A DNA stretch of 64,000 nt from Vezdaea acicularis (taxonomy: Eukaryota): positions 124,001 to 188,000 of the forward strand of contig JAPEUI010000002.1 in assembly GCA_026025075.1 (NCBI GenBank), written 5' to 3'. Position numbers and translations under genes: made by a program. Below the pieces are notes generated by a model. That model did not search any database. It was given only the letters and a program-made list of their open reading frames with translations, and was not told the DNA's origin. Positions 46,984 through 61,176 of this stretch are shown here, one piece after another (positions within the stretch are counted from its first letter, which is position 1; every line of letters begins with the position of its first letter).

Positions 46984-49900
46984 ATGGTGAAGATCAAGAA
47001 GGTAGCGAGCTCTAAGCATGAAGCCACGATTGTATGTCAGATATAATGTCCCTTTGGCCTCCTAAGTTGACTTGAACTGATTCTGTCTTAGTCGCCCGCC
47101 TTATCCGACTTCATTAAGACCTTAGCCGACCTCCCTCTTCAACAAATTCCACAGCAGATTGCCCAGTTCCCCCCACGATGGCCTTTCCCCAGGGGAGATT
47201 TATATCACTGGATTCCTGTCCTGAACCGATTCGACCAGATACTAGATTCTTTTGCAGAAGACTATGGGCTCAGGGAAGGCCCCCAGACGCAGGATTTTGG
47301 TGTTCGTCTTCTCGCTGCGGCATTGGAGACATCTCAAGATGTTGAGAAAACTGCGGAAACCGAGTTGGCGAAGCTGGGGTTTGGTCCAGAAGGGGATCGA
47401 GAGCTAGTGGAAACAATACTAAACTTCTCACGTATACTCCTGGAGAATTGCGGCAACAGAAGTCTCTACGCTAGCAGCGCCCACCTTGATAGCTTACTCA
47501 ATACTACGTCACTGTCTCTTCTCTCAAGCACATTAAGGCTCACAGCACGTCTCGCACAGCGTTACTATGCGGCCTGTCTGCGTGTTGGCTCGCTCCATCA
47601 CGTTAACAATAATCTACTCACGACGCACTACAACATTGATGTGGAAAAGATCCACAAGCTAGCGCAACCCTTCATCAAAGCTCCTACTACATCTGATTTA
47701 GGAGCTGCGATATCTCCCACAACTCCAACGCCTAAGGGGAAGGACAAGCTCATAACTCGGGTACCAGTTTCCGTACAGGCGACAGATCTTATCGCAATAG
47801 CTAAAAGTCACCCAAAGCAATCGATGTCACACGGTCGAGCTGGGAGTAATGAAACGGACATTGCTACCTCATCTTGGGAAGAATGGGGCAGCATTTCACT
47901 CCCATTCTATCCATCGTCGCCTGAAGAAGACTCAAAACTGGCCGTTCAACAAATCTCTCTCCCATCTACTCAACATCCTACACCTGTTATATCAACCCCA
48001 AGCCGGAGAAGCGCCGCCAGAGGCCATCCAGTGACGCCTCTTCAGCGCTCTTCAACTACAGAGTCGGTAACATTTGCTAGCTCAGGGGCCTTGTCGTCAG
48101 CGAAAGTAGAGGAGCAGCAAACGTCTACTATGCGCACCCTTGATATTTCCGCTTCTCAAATTAGATCTACACCCATTACAGAATTGCTTAAGTCTCACCT
48201 GCTAGAATTACCGCAAGATAGCCGATATGACCTGCTCACACGGGCTCGCAACGCATTGGCCCTTACTACCTCCCACTCGACTCGCTGCCAGATCCTTGCC
48301 ATTCGTATCTTAGCAATAACTAATCTTGCTTATGTTCACCCCGAGGAAACATTACAAAAGAAAATACTGCAGCAGGATTCTGACGAGCCTCGTCGTCTGC
48401 AATTAGCATGGCAGCTTGCGGATCTTATTCAGCCGATGCACGTGGGTACGGAAAACACCCAGAAAAGTGTCTCTGAACACTCCATTCCCCGATGGCTTCA
48501 GACTATGGCGCTGGGGTGTCTAGAAGCGTTGGCCAGACAGAAGAGCCGATCCGCGGAAGTTTGTTCTGCATTGAACGTTAACGTGGGCCATGGCGTGCTC
48601 TTGTACGTCCTCCGGAAAGCCATTGCGTCTTTAGCTACTGAGGGGACCGCGGTAGAAGAGAATGAGGAGGAGGAATGGAGAGAGGCTCTTTTCTCACTCC
48701 TTATATACCTGCCTAGCGTTGCACGTACCGGTGAAGCTCTTGTGACTGCAGGCCTTCTTCCAATCCTGGTAGAAGCTCTTACACATCGCTCGGACAAAGC
48801 CGAACGATGTTACCCTAAGGTCCTTAACTTCCTTGACACATTCGTTTACAATGTTCGCGATGCCTTTCAGACATTAGCTAACGCGAGGGGCTTGGACATC
48901 ATCTCAGAGCTCACCTCTTACGAAGTTGATCTAGGTCTTAAGCTCGCTGAAAACGGTAAAGGAATGCCTAACGAGTTTCGAACACCGGTAATTGACTATA
49001 AGATTCCTTTCTTACAGCAACAGACTCTTCGTTGGCTCTTCAAGTTCATGAATCACATGATGACACACACGGGAGCCAATTTTGATCGCTTACTTCGAAA
49101 TCTCATCGATTCTCCGCCTCTACTAAACGGACTTCGTACCGTACTTGCAAATGCGAAGACTTTTGGTTCAAATGTATGGAGTGGTGCAGTCCTGATTCTC
49201 ACAAGTTTCATCAACAATGAGCCGACTAGCTACGCCGTCATAGTTGAGGCTGGACTCAGCAAGGCGTTGCTTGAGGCAGTCACAGGAAGAGAGCTCCTAG
49301 ATGAGGCAAAGATAGAGGGAAATGGTATACAAAGTCCGTCGAGCAATCCTGATGATCTTATGGGTGATCTAGAGGTCACGGAACACCCTATCAAGGATGA
49401 CCAATCAGACTTTAATCGACCTACGCTACTTCAATGGGCTTCTAATGCTAAACCTGAAGGCACACTCGCACAGGGGATGATAGCGGCTGCGGACGCTATT
49501 GCAACAGTACCTGGCGCCCTTAGTGCGATTTGCCTCAATCCATCCGGCGTGAAGCTATTCCAAGCTTCAGACGTTCTCTCAAGCTTCTTTGAGATCTTTC
49601 AGAGCCCCGAACATTTGAAGTGCTTGGACAGTACACCAGATCTCCCGCAAATCCTCGGTACCTCTTTTGACGAACTCGTCCGACATCATCCGCAGTTGAG
49701 AGATTCGGTGATGAAGTCCGTCATTAATATGGTTTGGAACGTTAGCAACTTGTGTCACATGCGGACCTTGACGAAAGGCGCAGGAGCCAAATTGTGGTAT
49801 GAAAGTGAAGATAGTCAGATCTGTGTTTGCGGTGGCTGGAAGTCCGTTCTTGGAGATTTGGGCCATGCTTCCGCTGTGGTAGATCGTCCCTTGGGGAGCA

Positions 49901-52900
49901 AGAAGGTCGATGAAGCTGGAGATGTAGAGATGGAAGACAGCGCGAAATCTGATACCAACGAACTCTCCGATCTCCTGACTATAGTAGGTGTGGAACAAAG
50001 AAGCGCACCTACTATCGATGTCGTAAAAGAGAAAGAAGACAAGAAGTTGGAGGATGTACCGGTCGTTACCTACATTGACACTATTTCAAGGTTTCTCACT
50101 GGATTCTTCTCGAATGCAAATCTCGCCTCTCTCTTTGTAGAGAAAGGAGGATTTGACATAATCCTCGATATCATAACGTCACCGAGTTTACCTTATGACT
50201 TCAACACTGATCCTAACGGTCGAAGAATTGCTGAAGTCGTGCACCAATTAGTAGAGCAGAAACCCCACCTGCTTTTAGCTCCCCTATTGAAGCGTACTCA
50301 ACTCGCTGTGGACACGTTGGACTCATTCAGTCACTCTACCCAGGAAAAGTCCTTTTTCGGCCCTCTTACAGATCATAATCTCAAAAAAATCCACCCTACA
50401 CATTCACCTCTCAAAAGCATAGACATGCCGGAGGTGTATGAGAGAGGCACAGACATTGTCAAGTCCTTGGTTGAAGTTCATACATTAAGCAATGTGCTTC
50501 TCGAGACCTTGTCAGCTCCGATGTACAATCATCACCGATCTTCTTACACACTTATCAGTCAAGTAAATCTCACCGAACTCCACATAAAACTGGTAAAAAG
50601 CCTCGGCAGGTTGAGCAGTAGTTGCATATGGGAGGAGATTCTCCTGCAGCAGACCATACCCGACTCTTGGAAGGAGGCGACACGGCTGCGAGGCCCCGGC
50701 CTGGGCAATGATGATGCCAATAATATCCTCGGTTTCCTTCATGGTGATGAGGAGCCGAATGAAGCACTCAACGGCGAGAACTCGAGTCTAGGTCTAGAAC
50801 CAACAGGTGAAGGCTCTCGGACCATCGGTCCTAGTAAAACAAAAGCAACACTAGAGCGGGACACAACTGATGCTCAATTCAAGAACGTGCGAACGTTGCG
50901 TTATCTCCTGAGCCAGATTCCTTCCTCGATCACCCCGTTCTTTCAGTCTTTAGGAAAAGCGCTGATTCCGAAGAGATCTACCGACACCCAGCCAAGGCAA
51001 AACGGAGCCCTTATTGCTGGGGCAATGGCTGAGGCAATGCTCGAGCAGTTACGCTTTCCCAACTCGTCAGATTTCCTAACAGCGCAAGACAGATATTCTT
51101 ATTGGATTGTCACGCTTACTTCTTTGTCCCAATATTTGATGGATGATCAAGTTCTTATGGAACGTCCGCATCCCCAATGTCTTACGCTTGTGCTTCAAGC
51201 TTTTAAGAATCAGGGCGGTCTTGAAATTGTTATAGACATCTTACGAACATTCGTCGGTGAAGTAGAGCGCTTGGCACCAAGTTCTGGAGAGACCTCCTCC
51301 GCTGAGAACGCGCCCGCTCTACTTACGTCTGCCTATGGTGGAATAAAGATTATACTTACGTTATTCTCGCAGATAGTCAACTCGAGAAATATTGTGGACG
51401 CCGTTCAAACGACGTCGATGATGTCTAGACATAACGACCGAGAGAAGCCGGATTACTTCTTGGCCCAGCAATTCATAGTCGAGCTAAGAATGGCAATTTT
51501 GCCAGTCGTCCGCGAGGTATGGGACTCTACCTTTATGGACAAGGCTTCTAGCTCGCTGGCAAAGAATATGATAGAGATACTCAAGACAATTCTCGAGAGT
51601 GGCAACGAGGACGGAGCTTTCAAAAGGTCCGATAAGGTTACTCTACGTCTGAAGACAGAACTGAAGCCGTGGAAGTTTAATTTAGATCATCTGAATAAGC
51701 TCGTGAACGACTCGAAATTTGATCAGGCTTTAGCTAGAGAGGCATTATATCGCTGCTATGGGAATTTTAACCTAGCTCAAGAATACTGTCGAACTCACAC
51801 AGACCATCCAAGGCTTACTCGAAACTATATTCCTGAACAAGAGATATTGAGGCAGTCGCGTAGCCGCGACCCACGCGAAGGATCATCTTCTCGACTTGAA
51901 ATCTCGGTCTCTAACTCAGGCGATGCTGGAGAAAGATCTCAGTCTTCAGCTGCAACCTCTACTACCAATGAGCTGTCACCTGCCACAGAACAACCTCACG
52001 CCGAAGCGGCAGAAGTAGCTGCAGAAGGTAGCATGCCCCCACCACCGCCTCCTGCCCTGACCGTACCAGCGGAGGATACTGAAGCCAATGAACGACTCCT
52101 TGCCATGAGTATTGACAATCTTGGTGGAGATGCAAGCTCGTTGACAAGAGACCCAGCGTCTGAAGTAGCAGACGCTGCCTCTAGAAAAGAACTGGGGCCT
52201 CGCATAGTAGCAAACGTTGACGACCTCAATGATGAGCGTGCTTCACTTCGCACTAATCTGGTTGAAAGGTCTCTTAACGTGCTGCACTTCCATGGGGACG
52301 TGACGTTTGAACTTTCGGATCTAATGACCGCCGCTGTCTCCGCCGTCTCTCAGTCTTCAGAAAAGGAATCAATGCGCAAGGAAATAGGCTCAACCTTGGT
52401 CCTATCTCTGACCTCTTTACAATCCGAAGACGGTGATCTTCCTAAGGTCGGGAAGCGGATTGCATCGTATGCACATCTGTTAGGTCTAATCTTACAAGAC
52501 AAGACTTTCTACGACGCTACACTACCCGAATTGAGGGACAACCTATCGGTTCTCTTAGGTTTTGTCAAGACATCCCCGGATAACAATGCCGAAACGAATG
52601 GGGAGAGTAGCATTCAGGATTCTCAAGCCGGCTCTCCTTGGATATCTCATATTCTCCTCGTCATTGAGAAACTCCTTGCGGAGGATGCTCAACCTCGTCC
52701 GATCAAATGGCAACCACCCTCTAGTGACGTTGCTGCTATAGCAACCCAAGAGCCTTATGAGCTAGCAGTTTCCTCCGACGAGAAGCAGCAGCTTCTCAAT
52801 GCTATCATGGACATTCTTCCGTCTATTGGCAGGGATGAATCTCTTGCATTATCTGCGGTGAGGATCCTTGTCATATTAACTCGGGACTGGAAGCTCGCTT

Positions 52901-55900
52901 CTCAACTTAAGGAAAGGTCACACTTGCAACGTCTCTTGGGGATGATGCAGAAAATGGCGGGGAAAACCACTGATAAGCTTCAAGGTTCTATCATACTAGT
53001 TTTGAGGCACATCATTGAAGACAAGGATGTCATACGCCAAATTATGCGAAGTGAAATTAGAGGCTTCTTTAATGGTCGCCTTGATATGGAGATCCCTAGG
53101 CAGCCACGTCAGCATGACACTAATTTGTACATGCGAAACCTCAGTCACAGCATTTTGCGATCCCCGGAGCTCTTTGTAGATGTCACTAATGAGCTTGTCA
53201 AGTTGACTAAATTCGACCCCAGCCAACGCCACCAGAGTCTTGCCCTCAAGCCGACTGAAACACCTGGCAAAGAAGAAGATAAAGGATCTGACCAAAAGCC
53301 ATCTGAAGAGATACTTGCCACTGGTTCTCGAGAGAACAAACCCGCTGAAAACACCAACAGAACCTTGCAACCTCCAAGTGACGCTAGAGAAGCGGTGCAG
53401 GCCGAGAAAGCCAAGACCTCAGAGGTGAAGATACTGAATATTCCACCGACTGATGGTGTTATTCACTTCCTTCTCTCCGAGACATTGAAATACAAGGATT
53501 TAGAAGACAAGGAACCTTCTACATCGTCCAAGAATTCTGCGGAATCTAGGCAGGACCAAACAAACAGCGAGATTGCCATTGACATCGACATGATCCACGA
53601 CGGTGGCTCGATTGCGAGAACCTCTTCACCAGTTGCCGCCTCATCGTCTGCGCCAGAACCGAATAGGCGCGAAAAGATAGTTTTCAAAGCAGAACACCAC
53701 CCCAACTTTGTCTACCGGTGTTTCCTCCTTCAATGTCTAACGGAACTCCTGGTGTCATACAATTGTACGAAAACCGAGTTTCTCAACTTCCGTCAGCGTG
53801 CACCTCATACGCAACCCTTGTCAACACCGTCAAGACCACGGTCAAGCGTTCTTAGCTATCTCCTTCATGATGTCATCCCAACTGGCACCCTTGAGCACGG
53901 CGAGGACCTTAACTTCCGGAAGCGCCAAACAATATCTAGTTGTGCCCTCAACGTCGTTGTCGCGCTATGCTCTATAACCGATGAACGTGGAAGTCTCGGC
54001 GAGACTCGAACACCTGTTGGGGACATGCCATGGATGGTGGACCAAGCGGAGCTCACTCACGTACGAAAGGTCGTGCTAGACACAAGCTTGAAAGCATATA
54101 AGGATGCCAATAGCTCTATGGAGCCGTTGGGTCTTAAATATTCACGTATGCTCAACATCTCGGAGCTGTTCAATCGCTTCCTGCTCAAAAACAATCTGAC
54201 GGGCAGCCGAAATGTGGATCCAGGAGTTATGTTTGCTTCACAGAAAGAGCTGGCACGCATGATGTTTGAAAGAGGCTTTATTCCTGCTCTTACGAACTCC
54301 CTTGCCGATATCGATCTCAACTTTCCTCAAGCTAAACGTCTGGTCAAATACATCCTCAGGCCGCTAAAAGGACTCACGGATATTGCTATTGAGCTGAGTC
54401 AAATGTCTAATCCTCCTGTGATTTTAGGCCAGCTTGACATTGATGATGCTTCTTCGGCATCCTCTGTATCAGTTATCGAAGACGACCGTGAGGAGACGCC
54501 AGATCTCTTCCGGAACTCTACTCTAGGGATGTTTGAACCAGGCGGACAAGAACACTCAAGTTCCGAATCTGAAGATGGTAAGCTCGACTTGACCGTTTGT
54601 TGCTTGATATATGCTGACCTCTTCAAGACGAGGAGATGTACGATGGAGATGATGGCTACGGAGATGAGATGGACTATGAAGAGGAGATGGGTGACAGTGG
54701 TGATGTTGTGAGTGATGACGATGAGGACCTTGATGGCGTTGGTCCCATTGAGGGCTTGCCTGGCGATGTCGGAGTAAATCTTGAGGTAGTCATCGACGAA
54801 GATGACGAGACAGATGAAGATGATGAATCTAGCGACTCCAACGACAATGATGATATTGAGGTCGTCGACTCACTCAATGGTCACCAGGATGGAGCTAGTG
54901 ATGTCGAACCTGGAGATCATGAGTGGACTGATGAAGCAGAGGACTTTGAGGGAGTAGCCGATGATGATGGGGACGATGACGAAGATGACGAAGATGATCC
55001 CGATCTAGTTGGGGACATGGGAGATGCAGCAAGAGAAATCCTTGGTGCTCTTCGTGATAGCGAGCCTCCGATGCTTGGAGGCGATCTTGTGATGAATATG
55101 GAAGGTGAGGGCTACATGGAAGATGATATGGATGACGAAGGTACAGATTTTACAACATCTGAAGTTGTTATTAGACGCTAACTTGATCTACAGAGGACCA
55201 GGATGACGAGGAAATGGATGATGACGACGTCTTTTATGAGCCAGAATATGATGGTAATATTTCTTATCCTACTGTTGTCTCTCTAATGCTAACTTTACAA
55301 GATGACGATCTCGAGGATGCTGAACTACGCTGGGGCTGGGACTCGGAGCGGCCGCCGCCAGTAATGGCTCCACGTCGTACTCACCACCATCATCACCATC
55401 GTGGTCCAAGCCCATGGTCTATGTTTCACGGCCTGCCACGTGAACAGCATCTTGGTAACGTTTTAATATGCCTATTGAACTGATTTCAACTGACTGACAC
55501 GGCCTCAGCACCCCCAACCTATCGTTCAAGAGGTGCAGGCATACCAGCTACTCGGCCGAGTGATGAAGGCATTAATCCGCTATTGCAACGAAATTCTATT
55601 GGGATGCCAGGTTCATCCACACGTATAGGATACCCAGAGGCTATGAGTGATTGGGTCCATGCGATTGACCCTGGTCGCCCTTCGCATGGAATATTGAATG
55701 CTGACAGCCAGGTTTCCTTCATCTATAATATATTCAATGCCATGAACCAAGGCCGTAATCATCTCGGTACTGGACCAATCGATCCACATGGCGAAGGCCT
55801 TGCTTTCCACATTTCCCCTGGCAGTCGCGGTACGATTCCGAGAGAACTTCACAATCTATTTGGAATGCGTCACTTGCAATCTGAAGCTCCTCGCGTCGCA

Positions 55901-58900
55901 GTCGATGATCCTCCCGAAGCCATAGTGTTTGCCCCGGGATCTACTTCAAGACGCTGGACTGAAGAGTCTCGCATACTGTTCGGTCTCAATCCGCTCGACA
56001 AAACTCAGCTTATCCTCAATGCGCTCCTCTCAGTCTTGGTCCCACCCGCGCTTGCGGAAGCCGAAATCCAAAGACTAAAGGACGAACGGGATTCCGCTGA
56101 GGCAGCTAAGAAAATACAGGAAGAGGTTATTGCTCAAGAAGAGGCTGCTAGAAAGGAGAAAGAAGCTAAGGAGCTAGAAGCACGGACGGCCGCTGCTCAA
56201 GCGGCGGCAGAGGTTGCAGCGGCTGCGGCGATTCAAGCGCAGACACAACAGAACGACCAGTCTTCTAGTGTTATTCCCGAAGTTACTACTGGGACTGCTC
56301 GTGGAACGGTCCCTGAAGTCATTCCAGAAGCTACGAATGAGCAAGTAAGCGTTGATCAGCCTATGGAAGATGCAGATCCTGCTCAAGCAGAACAGCCGCC
56401 TGCAAATGCTGAAGCAGGCCCGTCGGAAAACCCTGCCGCTAGAGTGTTCGTTAATTTCCATGGAAGGCAAATTGACATCACAGATCTGGCTATCGATCCA
56501 GAATATTTGGACGCCCTGCCTGAAGAAATGAGGGAAGAAGTTTTAGTCCAACAGTTTGCGGAGCATCGGTCTCAAGCTGCCGAATCGGGCGAGCCGCCTC
56601 CTACGGATCTAGATCGTGATTTCCTCGAGGCTCTGCCAGACGAAATCAGAGAGGAATTACTTCAGCATGAGGCTGATGAACGGCGACGTCGGGAACGAGA
56701 CGAAGCAAGACGTCAAGCTGCTGAAACAGGCACAGTTGCTCCACAAGACAACGAAATGGATCCAGCGGACTTCCTTGCATCGCTCGATCCTGGTCTCCGG
56801 CAATCAGTCTTATTAGAGTCACCTGAAGAGATGATCAACCAACTCCCACCAGAGCTTGCGGCAGAAGCTAGAGCGCTGGGTGGCGATCGTAGACTGCGCC
56901 AGTTCATGGATGGTGGTTCAAGGCTAGGCCGCGGCCGTGGGCTAGAACACGATGAACGTCACCTAGTTCGTCCTGAACGAAGAACCTCGCGTAAGACAAT
57001 TGTGCAGATGCTTGACAAGCCCGGAGTGGCAACGCTACTACGTCTCATGTTCATTCCTCAACAGGGGAGCTCTCGTAGCCTTCTGAGCTCGACGCTCAGA
57101 AATGTATGTGAGAATCGCCAAAACCGAATTGAGGTTGTCAGCCTCTTACTTTCAATACTTCAAGATGGCAGTGCGGATATGAACGCTGTAGAAAGGAGCT
57201 TCAATAGACTTTCGCTCCGTGCTCGACAGCCAGCCGTACCGCCGAAGGATAAGATGGCATTGGAGCGACCTGCTATGCTTCAAGGCTCGCTTGCCAATTC
57301 AGAGATCTCCCCATTGACGGTTGTACAGCAGTGTCTAGGTACCCTCGTATCTTTAACTCAGCATAATCATCGCGATCTCTCGCTCTTCTTCCTCACGGAG
57401 CATGACCCTCCTTCAGCTTTGAAGCGCAATCGGAAGGGCAAAGGAAAAGATGTAAAATCCAGCAAATATGCCCTTAATGCTTTATTGGTTCTGCTCGACA
57501 GGAAGCTGATTATGGAAAGTTCAAATGCTATGGAACAATTATCACAACTTCTTAATACAATCACGCAACCCCTTGGTCTATTACTAAGGGAGGGAATTGT
57601 GCCTAAGCCACCGAACGAAACACTGCCGACGGAAGAAACTCAGACCGTCCCACCTCTTGCAAACGGTACGGAGACCAACCCGGAGCAACAACAGCAAAAT
57701 TTGAGGTCGGAGCCGACTAACACAACTGGATCTAACTCCAACGGAGTCAATCCAGAATCAGAACAAACCCAAACTGGTGTGCTCCCTCAGAACGTGATGG
57801 AGCATACTCAGGAGCAAGGAACAGGGTCGTTAAGTGGAGAGCCCACAGCGACTTTGCTCAATACGAATGGTATGGAAGTTAACCCTGACCATGATACAGA
57901 GGATGTGGGAGCAGAACAAGCTTCCAATGAGAGAACAGTTGTGCCTGAGCAAAAGCCCGAGGACGAGAGAACTAAGAAAACACGGATTTTCAACCCTCCT
58001 ATTATTCCAGAAGAAAATCTTAGACTTGTTGTCAATATACTTGCAGCGCGCGAATGTAGTGGGAAGACCTTCAGAGAGACTCTCTCCACTATCAACAACT
58101 TGTCAAGGATTCCTGGAACAAAGATCGTATTCGGTCAAGAGCTCCATTCTCAGGCTGATGACCTTGCGCAATTAATTCTGGGAGATCTTACGGATCTTCT
58201 AGCTCAAATTGACCAAGCGGAACCGGACACAGATGTCCAGGGCCTTGCCTTGGCAAAGTTTTCACCTGCCAGCTCCGACCAAGCCAAATTTCTCCGAATC
58301 CTGACGGCACTAGATTATATTAATGATCCAAAGCATGGTGGAGACAGGGATAAATCACTGGAGGCATCATCAAGCGCTACATCCGATCCGACCAGATTCG
58401 GTCCACTCTGGACTATCCTAAGCCGGTGCCTCACTGAAATCCACAAGCGGCCCAACATGTTGAATGCTGCTACAATCCTGTTACCCCTCATCGAGGCGCT
58501 AATGGTGGTCTGCCAGAACACAACCCTTAAGGATGCTCCTGCGCCTATGTCCCAAGAATTTGCTGTGTCAAGCCCGCCACCAGAAGACCGTATCGAGAGT
58601 CTCTTCTTCAAGTTTACCGAGGATCACCGGAAGATACTCAATGATCTAGTGCGCCACAATCCAAAACTAATGAGCGGAAATTTCTCTCTTCTCGTCAAAA
58701 ATCCTAAGGTTCTAGAGTTTGACAACAAACGCAACTACTTCAACCGCCGCCTTCATTCACGTGGAAATGAGATCAGGCAGCCTCAACCCCCACTGGCATT
58801 GTCACTACGTCGCGAGTATGTCTTCCTTGACTCGTTCAAGTCGCTCTACTTCAAGACAGGGAAGGAGATGAAGTATGGAAAATTGAGCATTCGATTCCAT

Positions 58901-59982
58901 GGCGAAGAAGGTGTCGATGCTGGCGGTGTTACAAGAGAGTGGTTTCAAGCTCTCGCTCGACAGATGTTTGATTCAAACTACGTTCTCTTCACGCCAGTGG
59001 CGTCCGATCGAACCACGTTCCACCCCAACCGGCTGAGTGTCATTAATGAACAACATCTGATGTTCTTCAAATTCATCGGGCGTATTATTGGAAAAGCCCT
59101 TTATGAAGGCCGCGTATTGGATTGCCACTTTAGCAGAGCCGTTTATAAGCGCATTCTTGGTAAGACTGTTTCTGTGAAGGACATGGAAACCCTCGATCTG
59201 GATTACTACAAATCCTTGAAATGGATGCTCGATAATGACATCACCGATATCATCACGGAGACATTTTCATTGGAGACGGATGACTTTGGCAAGACTAATA
59301 TTATCGACTTGAAGCCTGACGGGCGCAATATTCCCGTGACAGAAGAGAACAAGCAAGAGTATGTTCAGCTCGTCGTCGAGCACCGTCTCACAGGCTCAGT
59401 AAAGGAGCAGCTGGAGAACTTCCTTACTGGTGAGTGGAGATGATTCTCTGTTTCCAATTAATGTCGGCGCTGACCTCAATCACAGGATTCCATGATATTG
59501 TCCCCGCGGAGCTTATCTCCATCTTCAACGAGCAAGAACTCGAGCTCCTGATCTCGGGCCTTCCAGATATCGATGTAGATGATTGGAAGAGCAATACAGA
59601 GTACCATGGCTACACCAACTCCTCCAAGCAGATTCAGTGGTTCTGGCGAGCTGTGCGTTCCTTCGACAAGGAAGAGCGTGCCAAGCTCCTTCAATTCGTG
59701 ACTGGTACTAGCAAAGTGCCCCTCAATGGCTTCAAGGACCTCGAAGGTATGAACGGCATCAGTCGCTTCAATATCCACCGGGACTACGGTAACAAGGACC
59801 GTCTTCCGAGCTCTCACACATGCTTCAATCGTAAGTTTGCCTTGCATGTTCAGTTTCTTAGCACAAAACGTACTGACATGAACATAGAACTTGATTTGCC
59901 AGAGTATGACGGTTACGAGGCTCTCCGCAAGCATGTCCACCTTGCCATCACCGCAGGAAACGACTACTTCGGCTTCGCATAG
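46984..59982 (+). CDS. TOM1: HECT-type E3 ubiquitin ligase Tom1 (HUWE1 family), ~4200 aa
   Basis: N-terminal [22 protein letters not shown]-like repeats ([18 protein letters not shown]); HECT domain [15 protein letters not shown]...[16 protein letters not shown]. Introns 47032..47091, 54578..54627, 55141..55193, 55254..55301, 55455..55508, 59430..59485, 59831..59887. Confidence 0.96.
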
Positions 59983-61176
59983 GCTGGCAGCTTCGAACCT
60001 CTAGCCGGTAAAGAACTAGGCTTGAGCAACTATCTCTCTCCTTCCCTTTTGAGCGTGGTATCCGGATAACGAGCATGGAATCGATGAAGCATTTGGAGGC
60101 GCACAACTTTCCGTTTACCACATGTAGCAATAGCGCAACGAAGCTCTTTGCATCCCTTTTAGCTAGCTAGGCAAGCACATCGGGGCTCTTTTTGCGCCGG
60201 CTCCCAAATGGTCGTCGGGCAATCATATAGGTGGCTTCTGGGAACAAGCGGTTTTGTTTGGGACTCCCTATTGATCGATTCGGAGGAGTGCAGACCTCTT
60301 ACATCGTCTCTCTAGCTACCCGCAACGGCCTCTCGTCCCCGTAGCTCACTCAAAATGTCTTCAAGCACTTATATAGATTGCAGATAGCCGAAAATGAAAA
60401 AGTTGCTTCGTCTCTCAACGCTCTTATCTTTAGCGTGACCGTGACACGAACATCATGATATTGTCTCTAATGCAGCTGAAGTCGATTTTAACACTTCTTT
60501 CGAATAGAAAATTCTCTTAAGGTCGTGCAAAATCAAGTGTAACTAATAATAGTCCCCTAGCCATTCCCTACACAAATTACCAGTCCCACCTCGTCCCACC
60601 TCTCTCTCCCTCTCCGCGGACGATAGAGGGCAACCCCTTCTCACACGCCAGCACCAGGAACCGATTCACACGCGGGTCTGCGAAGCAACGAGCAGCCCCT
60701 CCGAAGCCAAAACTCATTGCCATACGCAGAACTCCACAAACCCAATGAAAGCATCACACGAGATCAGATAACAGGTTTAGGTCTTTGTATCAGTTTTTCC
60801 TTCGCCCGGTAAAAGAATATACATAATGGCGCTCGACGCTAGCTAGCTATGAGAACAAAGCTGGATATAATGATATACATGATGCATTTATGCCGGGGGG
60901 GTGCGTTTCATGATACAGTATAAGCCACGCAACGCCTGCCCGCCCACCGAATTATCCGCCCACTCGCCAGCCTGAACACCTCGAAGAGAGAGGAAAATCT
61001 TTTGCTTTTTTCCAGTTGGATGACCAAAGTATACAGGGTATGGGTTATTTTTCCCCATCTATGGGAAGGGGGTATTCCATCCGTGTTGTTCATCCCGCGC
61101 CAAAAGCTACCGAACCCGTCCTACCAAACTTCGTGTAGTATATATAGCAACGTTCTTAGCGATTCAATGCAGGACA

